Part shown: positions 1 to 13,486 of the stretch, one piece after another | Position numbering within the stretch: position 1 is the stretch's first letter | Layout of the letters: each line of letters opens with the position of its first letter | From: the human T2T-CHM13v2.0 reference genome, Homo sapiens | Assembly: GCF_009914755.1 (NCBI RefSeq) | Contig: NC_060926.1 | Reading direction: 5' to 3' (one strand) | Length of the DNA: 64,000 nucleotides | Translations under genes and position numbers: made by a program | The notes under the pieces: model-generated | Database searches by the model: none | Told to the model about the DNA's origin: nothing | The model's input: only the letters and a program-made list of their open reading frames with translations

Positions 1-636
<636 letters not shown>

Positions 637-639
637 TAA

Positions 640-1092
640 CATTCCTGATAAGAACCTGACCATCTTCCAAGGTTGCTGATAGAGCTGGCATTTCCCCAAA
701 GCACCAAATGAGATCTAGCCAGCTGAAAGTGGGATGGTCCCCAGAACTGACCTTTCACTGATTTTTCCTCATTATAATCTCATTGTAATACTAAAATATC
801 CACCCAAGGCAGGGCTTATCTTCCATTTCCTCATCATGTTATATATGTTAGAGCATGACGCTCCACTGCACAAATGCAAAGAAAACTTTGCCTAACCATG
901 CTTGTATGTCATTCCTTTTTCCGCCTCAGCTTCCTTAAAATGGTAAGAGCTGGGCACTTCAAGGAATAGCCACCAGGATCTCTTACCCATAGGCTGCTCC
1001 CTTGCTTTGCTCTTGCCACAAACCTACTAAACCTTGCCTGAGACAATTTCTGTTTGGCCTGGTGTTGATTTCTATTTACAAAAGAGGCAAGG
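640..1092 (+). mobile_element. ERV1-type LTR fragment, interrupted by an Alu
   Basis: LTR-like R/U5 text (..TAAACCTTGCCTGAG..GATTTCTATT..), apparently resuming at GAACTTGGGGTCCCAGCA after the Alu. Confidence 0.4.
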
Positions 1093-1388
<296 letters not shown>

Positions 1389-3413
1389 GCAGCGGGGAGG
1401 AGACAAAGAACTTGGGGTCCCAGCAGCAGCAAAAATTGCATCAGGTGGGAAAGAAGAGCTGATTAGAACTTTTCTTCCAAGTCTTTCACTTGCCACTTAG
1501 TGATTTTTACCAAGTGTCCTGAAGCTACCTCAAAGAGTAACACTCAAGTAACTCCAGCACTGCAGGTGCAAAGGTGACCACAGCTGCATGGATGGGCAGG
1601 ACCCAGGCTCTGACACTCAGGCTGCCAATACAATTGCCATGAAGACAGATGTTGATGCCATCCATGAAGGCAGGGGATAATTCCTTGGCTGATTCTCTAA
1701 TCTCCACTACACTCACTCTGCACAACACATCTATCAAACTAGACTCAATTTCTCTTCTCCTTAATTGTTTTGAAAAACTCTGTTCACAGTCCAGAGCTTC
1801 ATTTCCTACAAATCTGCACCTTTCCTTTAAGCAGTTAAACTCCTTTGCTTTCTGGACACTTCGCCTGGTCTCAAGGAAGCAATTTTATTAATGCTACTCC
1901 AAGTTCTAATGGAATCTTCATCCATCCTGGAATTAGAGCTTCATGTACAGCCAGGCAAGATCCATGCAACAGTCCAGATGTTGTCTTGGCAGGCCCTGAA
2001 GTCAAACCCTTGGGGTTGGGGATGGAGCTTTACCGCTTACATGTTGTGTGACATTAGTAAAGTAACTTAACCCCCCTTTGCCTCCTTTTCTATACCCGCA
2101 ATGCTGTGACAATAATAGGTTCTACCTCATAGGTCGGTTTACAATTTAAACAAGGTAAAAGATTTAGAATATTATCCAACAGATAATATGTGCTTCTATT
2201 AATTTAGGTATCCTTATAGCTATAATACTTAGCACTTAGCAGACACTTATTGAAAATAGTTTTAAATCCAAGTTCTTTCCATCTACAGCCCCAAGAGGTG
2301 CTAAAATGGGGGTTTTTACTACCCAGCTCACAGCCCTTTAAATCCTAAAGATTTTGTCTTGATCCATGCTAAATTGCTCAAATCAATCATGCCCATGCAT
2401 GTCTGTCCAATGCATTTCTTCTCACCATCCATTATCACAACCTATTATTCTATGATAGGTTCAATTGTCGTATTGCTGTCCTGCTTTCTTGTGTAAGTCT
2501 TATTCTATCTTTTAAATCTTTTCTCTATTTCTCTAATACTTGTGCCAAAACTCAAAATCTAATCTCAGTTTCTTTGACATGCTTCTATGTTAATGATGTA
2601 GTTTATTTGATGTTGTTTATGCTTTTACTTGTTGGATTCCTATGGAAACAAATTATTTTAAGTGCATGTCCTTCTAAGACCACAGAGCTAGAAGGTGAAA
2701 AAAAGCTAAGTGGAAGTGTATGAAGAAGAGTGATTTGGGAAACTAAAGTGTCACTTCTCCAAGAGTTTTCAAGTTGTATTTTATTTTTTGTTTTTTTACA
2801 AACCATGTGTGACTTTGTCAAACACTTTTTATCTAAAGCCTTTTTTCTCTAAAAGCCCACGTAGATTACCTACATGCAGTAAAAATCTGCTCGGCCTTTC
2901 TCTAGTTTCTCCCTGTATACACCCAGAAGTCCACACATGAGACCCCGCCAGATTTAACAGCCTTGGCCTGGCAGAATCTGCAGGACAATGGAGGGGATCC
3001 ATGTGTCCCCTGAGGAACCAGACTCGACAGCAGATAAAGCTGAGTAGAAGGGCATCCTAATCCTTTCTGCCTTCCCTATGCATTTTGGTCAATTAAACCC
3101 ATTCAGTGTAACAACTTTGTATTTAAGGCTGGTTCACACCAAACCAAAACTAATATGCTTTCTGTATTTTATTTTGATGAGTAGTTACTGGTTTACATGC
3201 AGCTGGGTTAGTTTAGGTATATAAAAACTGTTTCTCTCCCTTCCCCCACCTTCACACTTCCACTGTTTCTTAGTACCTGTCTTTCTGCTGGAAAGGGGCT
3301 GGAAAGACCCCTTTTAATACCATTGTTTCAGAGAGTAGCCAGGTAAAACTATTGGCATTCTTGGCTTTTGGCTACTAAATAGATTTCATTAAATCTACTT
3401 AAAAACTAAAGTA

Positions 3414-3716
<303 letters not shown>

Positions 3717-3769
3717 TCAAATGTCTGATCAGTCAGACACAGCACGATGAAGTAGATGTAGGAGAGATT

Positions 3770-6011
3770 TCACACTCAGTATGAGTACCCTGATATTTGA
3801 GGAAACTAAAGATGCCAGAACACCCTAGCAGAAACCTCTCTCCAGTGAGTCATGGCATTGTGTGATCTACCTCCACAGAGAACAGGCAGAACTTAGGCTT
3901 GCTTCTAACCCATATGGTATGGCAGAGGTTATGAGATGTCTTTCCAATGATTGTATTGTATTCTGTAAGCCTCTGTCATAGCAGACTGGAAAGAGACACT
4001 CTCTGAAACCTTCTGCTGGCCTTGAACAAACAACCAGCCATGTGGGCATTGCCTGTGTGAGCATCACATGGCAGGGAATTGTCCACAGCCTCTGGGACCT
4101 GAGAGCAGCCTTGAGCCAAGAGCCAGTAAGAAGCTGAAGCCCTGAGTCACAGAGGTGCTAAGGCATGGGCTCTGCAACTACCTGAAAGAGCTCTAAAATA
4201 TCTCTCTTCTCAGGGAGTCTCAGGTGAGAATGAAGAACAGTCTACACTGTGGCACAGTCTTGTGAAATCCAATGGGCAGGATCCAGCAAAGCCATGTGCT
4301 GACTGCTGACTCAGAAATTGAGAGATTATAAATGGGTGTAGTCTTAAGTTGATAAATTTGCAGGTAATTTCTTACATGTTTATAACAAACTGAACACACA
4401 TTTTAAGAACAAATAATAGACCTAAGAGCAGCCATGCCACTGACATTGAATGGAGATGGGCACAGGCTTATTCTCATTGTGACCTTAGGGTTTCCAAGCA
4501 CTGTGAAAGAGAGGAAAGCTTCGATGTGCAAGCCCTTTCCAATATTCCAATTCTGTCACATCTGCTATTATCCTATTGGCCTGAGCAAGACACATAGGTA
4601 ACACCTGAGTCCATTTAGAATGAGGCCAACCAAAGGATGAGTGCAGGGAAGGGATTTATTGCAGCTAATTGTGCAAGTAGTTTATCCATAATTTATAAAT
4701 TTTTTCCTGAGAAATACCCTGAGAAAAGGGAAACCTCTTTAAAAGTCTTAAAGTTTTTCGGTTATAGCTTCGTTGATTATAGTGTTCTGCTTGATATCCA
4801 AGTATAAATAACCAAAAACTCCTTCACACTATTATTTCTATGATGGTTTATTTTCCCCATACCTTTACAGGTAATTTTGGTCCTGTAGTGTGCTGTCCAA
4901 GTTTACTCTGCAGAGCTGACCATTTGCACAATGTAGCTGACACATCATCGCACCTTGAATGCGGACATTGACTGGTGACCTATGAGAATCCGCTTCAAAA
5001 GAATGTATTTGTCACCGCTTTGATCTTTATCCTATCTGAATCCACACACTTCTGTATTGTTCTATGGCTAATCCATATCCTGTCTCTATTAACTCACTCT
5101 TGCCATAAGTGACTAAGAGCATCTAACACAGAAATAATAAATACTTCCAGTTCTGAAAATTCAAATTAGTTGAAAAGCATGGGGACATTATAGAAAGAAA
5201 ATGTATAACTATTTTAAAGACAAAGAAAATGAAGTCTTTGTATTTTGGAATGAAACTGTGTGAAAACTATCTGCAGGTTTCAGCACCAGGGAGGGCCCCT
5301 GTCTTTCCTGTGACTGAGCACATTGCCTTTCTCACACCTGCAGGCAACCAGGGAAGTGACTGGATGGGGTGAGCTGAGCTGCACTGTTGGGCCACCCTGG
5401 AGAGACTTTGGTAATATATGATGCATTTCAGATGATAACAATAACTGATGACAGCAGTTCAGCTTCTTCATTACCAACGTTTTGTGTGGAATTTCCCCCA
5501 AACAACCTACAATGAATAGACGAACTCCTGAGTTGATCTAGAAACGAACTGAATAGAGGTTGGGGAACAGGCCCCATCTCCCTGACCTATGTAAACCGAA
5601 ACCAAATGTTGTCCAACCTGCACATCAAATCAGCTTCCAGATAGGTTAAACAAGTCATATCAGACCATCTAGTCACAACTGAACCACAGGGTAACTGCAG
5701 ACACATGAGCAGGCTCAGCAGAGATCAGTTCAGCCAGCCCAGAATGGAGGAACCACAGAGTTGATCCTCAGAGTTATAAGGAGCAGTATAGTCATCTCTC
5801 TATCCATGGGATCTGCATCCATGGATTCAACTAAACCTGGATCAAAAATATATAGAAAAAAAATCCACAAATTTCCAAAAAGCAAAACTTGACTTCACCA
5901 TGTGCTTAGTACCACTTGGTTGAATCCACACAGGTTAAGTCATGTATACATATTGCGTCAGGTATTATAAGTAGGCTAGAGATGGTGTGAAGCGTACATG
6001 AGTATATGTGC
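3770..6011 (+). repeat. Segmental duplication block, direct paralogue of ~49540-51790 (contains MLT1-type LTR pieces and a truncated Tigger4)
   Basis: Colinear matches, e.g. CTGATATTTGAGGAAACTAAAGATGCCAGAACACCCTAGCAGAA at ~3790 and ~49565. Confidence 0.92.
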
Positions 6012-6657
6012 ACAATCTATTACTAATGGGGGAAGAAAAATGACATAAAACAAGGTAAAATTTTATATTTATTTTAAATGGTAATATTATGACACCAACA
6101 TACTGTGAGAAGCTATGGATATAAAGGAAATACCATGACAACCAATTTAAAAATCACTATAAAAAGAGATACCCTCAAATTAGGTAAAATTAAAATGAAA
6201 TTCTAAAAATGTTCAAGTAACCCAAAGGAAGGCAGCAAAAAGAAAACGGAGAAGCAAAAAAAGATACAGCAAAAAAGTAGAGCGAAGACTTAAATCTTAG
6301 TATATCAATAATTATCGATATATTAAATATGCAAATTAGTAAATTATAACAGACAGCAATTGATGAATCAAAAAGAAATGTCCGAACAGTATACTGTCTA
6401 TAAGACACTCACATCAAATATGACACTAGAAGTAGACTCAATATAAAAGAAAAGAAAATGGCATAGTATGCAAAATTAATAAAATGAATCAGTAGCAAAT
6501 ACTAATATCAGATAAAGTAGACTACAAAGCCAAGAATGTTACCAGTGACAGAAATGTACATTACATAATGAAGAAAGTCATTTCGGAAAGAAGACAGAGC
6601 AGTTCTAAGTGCGTAGACACCAAGCAACAGAGCGATACAGTGCATGTAGCAGAAACT
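6012..6657 (+). mobile_element. Old L1 (L1M) fragment; inverted paralogue of 53980-54620
   Basis: A-rich, L1 ORF2-start-like text; reverse-complement match to 53980-54620. Confidence 0.75.
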
Positions 6658-6964
6658 GGTGTGAAATGAAGGAGGCCTTCATTTTCTATTTGGGAAGCAA
6701 ATGCTCTCTAAGTATAGCAGGACATTCTGGGATATTTTTTAAGCAAAGTACCCCCGTGGTCATATTTTTTTTTTGTAGCAGAGTAACCCGTTCCCTCTTC
6801 AAACCACATCCCTCTCCATTGTCCCAGCTCCTCTCTGACTGCAAGCCTCCTCTTTTATTTTAAGGACCTTTGTGATCATATTGGTTTCATCTAGATAACT
6901 GGGTCGCTTATTCTTCACTTATATCTGTCAAGTTTTTTTTTTGCTATGTAAGGTAGAATTTTTA

Positions 6965-7589
6965 TGATACGGCTCCGTTGACTGGAGGAACACCAGGGTT
7001 CTTGGTCTCACACCACTTTGGATAAAACAACACAGACACACGTGGAGTGCTTTTAGGGAGAGAAAGGTTTAATATGCAAGAAGGACGGAGGAAGAAAACA
7101 GCTCCCCCACACAGAGACAGAAGGAGGAGGGATTCCAACAAAGACAAAACTCCATTGCAGCAGAAAAGTGGCTCTTATATGAGGAGGCTGGAGGAGGTGG
7201 TGTCTGATTTATATAGGGCTCTAGGGACTGGTTTGACCAGGCATGCCATTCATGAAGCCTGCAAAATAACTGGCCTTCCCAACAAGACTTTTAATATGCA
7301 AATACAGGGCGCCAAAATATTCTATACACATGGGGATATGTGGGGGCAGCCTTGTTGTCAGGCACATGTGGGGGCAAGGAAGAAGATGGTGGGAATTGAC
7401 AGGTTTGGCTGGACTCAGTTTCTAATGGCCGGAATTTGCAAATCAAAGCTTCCCAGCCTGGCTCTAAGAGCCAGGGCTTTCCTGCTAGACAAGAAACGTT
7501 TCTGGAGCTGCTTTAAATGAAAGAAAACCTTACCAAGGACACTCTTTTCCTATCCGCCTAAAATAATTTCTTAATAACTCCTGTAACAC
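6965..7589 (-). mobile_element. ERV1 solo LTR (MER61-like), inserted in an MLT1-type LTR
   Basis: TG...CA ends; minus strand starts TGTTACAGGAGTTATTAAGAAATTATTTTAGGC. Family assigned from recall. Confidence 0.65.
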
Positions 7590-7864
7590 TTGGGTTCCAG
7601 AGATGAGGACATGGACATCTTTTAGGGTAGAGACATTATTCATCCCATTGACAATAAATATATTCCCCCAAATTGCCTTTCTCTAAAGTAAAATTTTAAA
7701 AATCATGAAGTATTTTTTATGAAGCAAGAGAGCTGGCCAAAATCTTAGACTCAGGTTCCTTTAAATTGTGAGCTTTAACTGTTAAGGTATGATCATTCCA
7801 CTGTCTCTAATGTAGATTTATTGATGTGTAGATTGTTTTAGAGGATTTTTAAGTTTGTGACCAG

Positions 7865-8706
7865 TATAAACAAAACAGTATCTGAGACGGGTCTCAATCA
7901 ATTTACAGGTTTATTTTCCCAAAGCTTATGGCCTGTGACACAGCCTTAGGATGTCCTGCAAACATGTGCCCAGGGTGACAAGAATACACATTGAAATACT
8001 TTGGAGAGACAGAAATTACAGGGAAAGACATAAATCAATACATATAAGATTTACATTAGTTTGTCCTGGAAAGGTAGGATAGCTTGAAGTAGGGGCTTCC
8101 AGGTCATAGGTGGATTCAAAGATTTCCTGACTGCCAACTGGTTGAAAGAGTTAAGCTCTGCCTAAACACTTGAATTCATCATAAAGAAATGCTTGAGTTT
8201 AGAAAAGAGGGTGTGGAAGCAAAGGTTCTTGTCACCTAGATGAATCCTGTGGGTAGCAAACAAAGTAGGTGGCTAATGTTGTTTATCAGACCTTAAAAAA
8301 AAGTCAGACTCTTTGGAAAAGACTTAGTAAGGGGAGGAGATTCTCTGCAGAATGCAAATTTCCCCCACAACAGGCAGCTTGCAGGGTCACTTCAGAATAT
8401 GTCAAAGAAATACTTTTAGGGTAAAATATTTTGATTTTCTTCAGGGCCTATTATCTGTCATGTTGGAGTATGGTATCTTATTGCTACAAAGCATCTGTTT
8501 TGTCAATCCAAAGATCTCTGTTGTAATGATAATGCTGGTCAGTTGTGTCTGAACTCCAAAGGAAGGACCATATAATGAGGTACATCTAAACCCACCTGCC
8601 AGTCGTGGCCTAACCTAGTTTTTCAGATTTCTTTGAAGTTCTCTCTACCAAAAGAGGAGTCCGTTCAGCTGGTTAGTGGCTTACAACGTAATTTTTTGTT
8701 TTAACA
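7865..8706 (-). mobile_element. MER4-family LTR
   Basis: Minus strand has AAATAAACCTGTAAATTGATTGAGACC..TCTCAGATA at its 3' end; paralogue at 62022-62866. Confidence 0.75.
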
Positions 8707-9694
8707 CACACACAAAAAAAATCACCGCATAAATTCAATCTAAAATAGATTGGTTAAAAAAAATTGTGTGTTTCCTGAATATTCCTACATGTCGAAGAAA
8801 GGGAAATGATAAAAGAATTCAGATGAGAAATACCCCTCATACAAAAGATTAATGATTTTATTTACTATCTTAGTTTGGGTCCACCAGCAATGAGGATTCC
8901 TGTTTAGGCAGCAAATTTACACTGGGAGGAAAGGAAGAAAGTGAGGGAGGGAACAGAAGATGAATGGTAAAAGACACATCAACAACCCACCTGACTCAGG
9001 ATAACTGAAGATCAACCACATGTGGAAACATGGACTAAATTCCTCTGGGCTATTCCACCTGAGAGACGAGGAAGCTGAGGTATGTATACACCTCATCCTG
9101 TCCTCACTGATTGTGAGCTGTCTCTCTTGTTCTCTTTCAAGCTGCTATAACAGGTTAGGTTCCTTGACACTGTGTAATTCATAAAGAACAGAAATTTATT
9201 TTCTCACATTTCTGGAGAATGGGAAATTTAAGATCAAGGCATGGGCAGGTTAAGCTCCTCTTTCTCTGCTTTCAAGATGACGCCTGGAGCTTTCAGTCCT
9301 TCAAAGGAACGAAGGCCATGTCTTAACATGACAGACCAGCAGAAGAGACAGAGAGATTCCAGCCCCATAAACCCTGTTTATAGTGGCATTAAGGTATTCC
9401 ACTAGAGGGCTCCACCCTCATGATCTAACACATCTCAATAGGCCCCACCTGGCAATACCATTTCACTGAGATTTAACTTTATAACGATGGATTCTGGAGG
9501 ACACAGTCAAACCATAGCACTTTCCTAAGAGATACACATTGCAGGCCATCTGGCCGGCAAGGCATGCAAGCAGACCTCTCTGCCCAAGATCATGAAGCAC
9601 ATAAGACATATATATAGCCATTGGAAATGAGCAGAGATACAGCAAAGGGAAAAGCCCTAGACTATAGATGGGGACTGCTACATTCATCATGGTA

Positions 9695-10033
9695 CAGTTA
9701 ACCCTTGAATAACTTGGGTTTGAAATTTGCAGATCCACTTATATTTTCTTCTGTGTGTCACCTGTGAGCAAGCGCTTAATAAGTACTAAATATATTTTCT
9801 CATTTTTAAGGTTTTCTCAATAACATTTTTTCTTTAGCATACTTTATTGGAAGAATAGAGTATATAATATGTATAACATAAAAAAGGGTTAATCAACTAT
9901 TTATTTTATCATTAAGGCTTCCAGTCAAAAGTAATCTATTACTACATAAGTTGGAGATGCAAAAGTTCTACACAGGTTTTCATCTGCACCAGTGGTCAGT
10001 GCCCCAACCTCCACGTTGTTGAGGGGAAAACTG
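9695..10033. mobile_element. Tigger2-derived MITE
   Basis: TA-flanked CAGTTAACCCTTGAATAAC start and a degenerate inverted end GTTGTTGAGGGGAAAACTG. Confidence 0.65.
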
Positions 10034-10089
10034 CTCTTTCAGTCTGTAGCCACATCTCTCTGGAACAGGATCTTGGCAGGTGGGTTGCA

Positions 10090-10605
10090 AGTAAAGGAAT
10101 CCAGAAAATAACATCTCAAACTGTGCTGCATTTGTATGATGATTATATAAAACCAAAGGCATTTAGAAAGCAGGAAATGCACAGGGGGCTTTTCCTAAAC
10201 ATCCCCTACCTGCCTAAAAGCAAATTCTTCAGAAGGAAACCAATTTTTAAGAAAACTCTTCCTGAGAATTTTTATGTCAGGGAAGATTAACACAAAAGAG
10301 GAATCAAAAATGGAAGAGACTCAAAGTTGATACTTTACCTAGGGAGGTGATTACCTGTTCTTTTGAGGATGCATTTCTATTCGCATCTATTCTCTCCAGG
10401 TTGCCTACATTTCCCAATTACCTCTTCCCTAGAAAGGAAACATAAACACCTGGATCCCATTGAGTTATCTGGGTAATCACCTTGCTATGATATCCTGCTG
10501 CACTTTAAGTGAATTTTGTTTGCCTTTTCTCTTATTAATCTTCCTTTTGTCAGTTTATTTTCAGCAAACATTTAGAGGACAAATGGAGCTTTCTTCCTTT
10601 CTTCC
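10090..10605 (+). mobile_element. MER34-like ERV1 LTR
   Basis: 3' text GCCTTTTCTCTTATTAATCTTCCTTTTGTCAG..TTCAGCAAAC resembles the MER34 group. Confidence 0.45.
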
Positions 10606-11705
10606 AATATAAGCAATTTCCCTTAAAATTCAGGCAGCTTATAAAGCAGCAGGAAGGTTTGTGCAGAGGCTACAGCACTGTGATTTGGCTCTCCTAGTCA
10701 GGCATCAGTAAAATTTTATGGAGTCCTAGGCTGCAGCCCACTGATGCTGATGTAGTTGGATCCACTTCCCCTCCCACGGAACCAGGCCGGGACATTTTTG
10801 GGCACATTAGAGATATGAGATATAACGAGTGCAAATCCCTGTCCAGTTTCATCTGGAACCAACTGATTTCTCCATGTACATGGGCAGTTGCTTGATAAAA
10901 GATTGAGTGCCTCTTTCCAAAAGATGTTAACAGGGATCTTGGTGTCTGGGTCAGGATGATGTCCCTGATAAAAAGTAAAAGAAGAAAGTGTCACCTATGG
11001 TGCGTGGCAGGGACATGCTCCATGCGATGATCACCCTCACTAAGAGAGATGAATGTTGGGAAATAATACTTAATGGCAGAAAAGAAGGTAGACTATGAAG
11101 GTGCCCAAAACAGGAATAAGGTGCAGCCCATTTAGTCTCTGGGTATTAAAGAGACCTAGAGCTCTTGATAATGGTGGATCTGTAATTGCTGCATGCATTG
11201 AGGAAACACGGTATCAACTTAGTGTATCTGAAGTAAATTGCTTGATCTTACAGTGGTAAGAACAATGGCATAACACCATTACCTAACATTTACAAATATA
11301 TGTAGCATCATGTGAATAAATTTTATTTTTAATTTTTTTTTTAGAAAGGAACAATGTTAAACTCACAGAAATGTTGCAAGTATATGATAAGTACCACCTT
11401 CCCTAACAGAAATCACATGAGAGTCTTTTGAAGACCTGAAAATTGTAGGGTCTAAAATTTTACTATGTGTTTCCTACAAAAAAGAATATTCTCCTAAATA
11501 ATCCCCATACACCAATGAAATACATTGCTCCATCGACTCCCAAGGAATATTTCAAATTGTCAAAAAGAAACCATAAAATGTTTCCCATAACAAAATAGTC
11601 CCCAGTAGAAACACATTCTCTGCAGACAAATTTGAGCTACCTTGATCTTACCTGGGACAGGTGGGGACACTGAGCTGGTGCTGAGTTACTCAGATGCGCC
11701 AGCTC

Positions 11706-11788
11706 TGCAGCTGTGCCCAGCCTGCCCCATCCCCTGCTCATTTGCATGTTCCCAGAGCACAACCTCCTGCCCTGAAGCCTTATTAATA
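11706..11788 (+). promoter_or_regulatory. Vk1 promoter: pentadecamer/E-box TGCAGCTGTGCCCAG (11706-11720), octamer ATTTGCAT (11740-11747), TATA-like TTATTAATA (11780-11788)
   Basis: Canonical motifs at canonical spacing; the octamer is ~90 bp upstream of the ATG at 11835. Confidence 0.9.
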
Positions 11789-11834
11789 GGCTGGTCAGAC
11801 TTTGTGCAGGAATCAGACCCAGTCAGGACACAGC

Positions 11835-12312
11835 ATGGACATGAGGGTCCTCGCTCAGCTCCTGGGGCTCCTGCTGCTCTGTTTCCCAGGTAAGGATGGA
11901 GAACACTAGCAGTTTACTCAGCCCAGGGTGCTCAGTACTGCTTTACTATTCAGGGAAATTCTCTTACAACATGATTAATTGTGTGGACATTTGTTTTTAT
12001 GTTTCCAATCTCAGGTGCCAGATGTGACATCCAGATGACCCAGTCTCCATCCTCACTGTCTGCATCTGTAGGAGACAGAGTCACCATCACTTGTCGGGCG
12101 AGTCAGGGTATTAGCAGCTGGTTAGCCTGGTATCAGCAGAAACCAGAGAAAGCCCCTAAGTCCCTGATCTATGCTGCATCCAGTTTGCAAAGTGGGGTCC
12201 CATCAAGGTTCAGCGGCAGTGGATCTGGGACAGATTTCACTCTCACCATCAGCAGCCTGCAGCCTGAAGATTTTGCAACTTATTACTGCCAACAGTATAA
12301 TAGTTACCCTCC
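11835..12312 (+). CDS. IGKV1D-16: Ig kappa V1 gene segment, functional: L-part1 11835-11889, intron 11890-12014 (GT..AG), L-part2 12015-12025, V-region 12026-12312
   Basis: Leader [22 protein letters not shown]. Mature [56 protein letters not shown]...[15 protein letters not shown] plus [10 protein letters not shown] is diagnostic of 1D-16. Both Cys and the Trp are intact and there are no stops. Confidence 0.95.
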
Positions 12313-12340
12313 CACAGTGTTACACACCCAAACATAAACC
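12313..12340 (+). other. 12-RSS of IGKV1D-16
   Basis: CACAGTG + 12 nt (TTACACACCCAA) + ACATAAACC. Confidence 0.95.
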
Positions 12341-13001
12341 CCCAGGGAAGCAGATGTGTGAGGCTGGGCTGCCCCAGCTGCTTCTCCTGATGCCTCCATC
12401 AGCTGAGAGTGTTCCTCAGATGCAGCCACACTCTGATGGTGTTGGTAGATGGGGACATGAAGTCACCTCTGCACCCTAATTCTTTTCTCTTTCTCAGCAC
12501 CAACTTCACAGACATAGCAATGCTTCTCCTTATTTAATAAAAACAGAGATCATGACACCTGAGGAGTCTAGTTTATGGCTTCAGTTGGAAATCATAATGC
12601 AGAAGAAGCCACTATAGATATTCTAAGCAGGAATAGTCTTAATACAGAGAATTAGAATAAACTACTGAAGTCTAAATAAAATGTAGAGATGAATCTCTAA
12701 ATTTAATGTTTTATTTGAAGAGAAATATTTGCCAAATGAGGCATACAGGAAAATTCAGTGGTCTTCAGTATGTTGGAAGAACAAAGAAAAAGTCAGTGTT
12801 CCATGAAAAAGGGAAATATTACCTATTGAACTTTGAGAAAGTTCATTGGCACTAGGAAGGGTTGGGAGCTGGCAAGCTCAGACTGGTAAACAGTGGTGGA
12901 CAAAGTGAATCCTAGAGTTATATCAAGTTATCTCAGAAATTGTGGATAAATTTGATTTCAGGTTACAATAAGCCAAAGCACTGAAGGTTGCAGAGAATTT
13001 T

Positions 13002-13486
13002 CTTACTGAAATACCAGGGACTTGGTGTAGATCCTGCAGCTCACCACACAGAAAGCCAATCTCGAAGACAACAAGTATTGCCAAGGAACAGGCTTTAATC
13101 AGGTGCTGCAGCCGAGGAGATGGGACGCCATTCTCAATTGTATCTCTCTGACAAAATAAATTAGGGGTTTATATAGGAGGGAAGAAATGTTGAAAACAGG
13201 AATTAGGGAGGGGTAAGGAAGATAATTTGGTCAAGAAGAAGCAGGAGGTCAGTTATGCAATCACAGCGGGTGAAGGTTCTGTTGTCTCACTGTCCCGATT
13301 CAGTGATATGTAAGTTTCAGCTTCTTAATAGTATCTGGGAGGCCTGATGGTTGGTTTACTGAAAAAAGGACTCAGGTAAGACAGACGTAACTATCTTGAG
13401 TTTTAAGACAGGGAGGGGGAGACAATTTCTAAGTTTATTCAAAAAACCATAAACCTTAGTTCCATGGGATAACAGGGCCTATTTCA
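13002..13486 (-). mobile_element. ERV1 solo LTR
   Basis: Minus strand starts TGAAATAGGCCCTGTTATCCCATGGAAC and has an ATTAAA poly-A signal and a TATAAA box. Confidence 0.6.

Noticed and set aside
7047-7520. 157-aa ORF
   Set aside because: It lies antisense within a solo LTR, has a non-ATG start and no recognisable domain.
11981-12337. ORF-track starts for the V exons (also 26693 and 33771)
   Set aside because: The starts are non-ATG or intronic/internal; the real genes are spliced from the leader exons.
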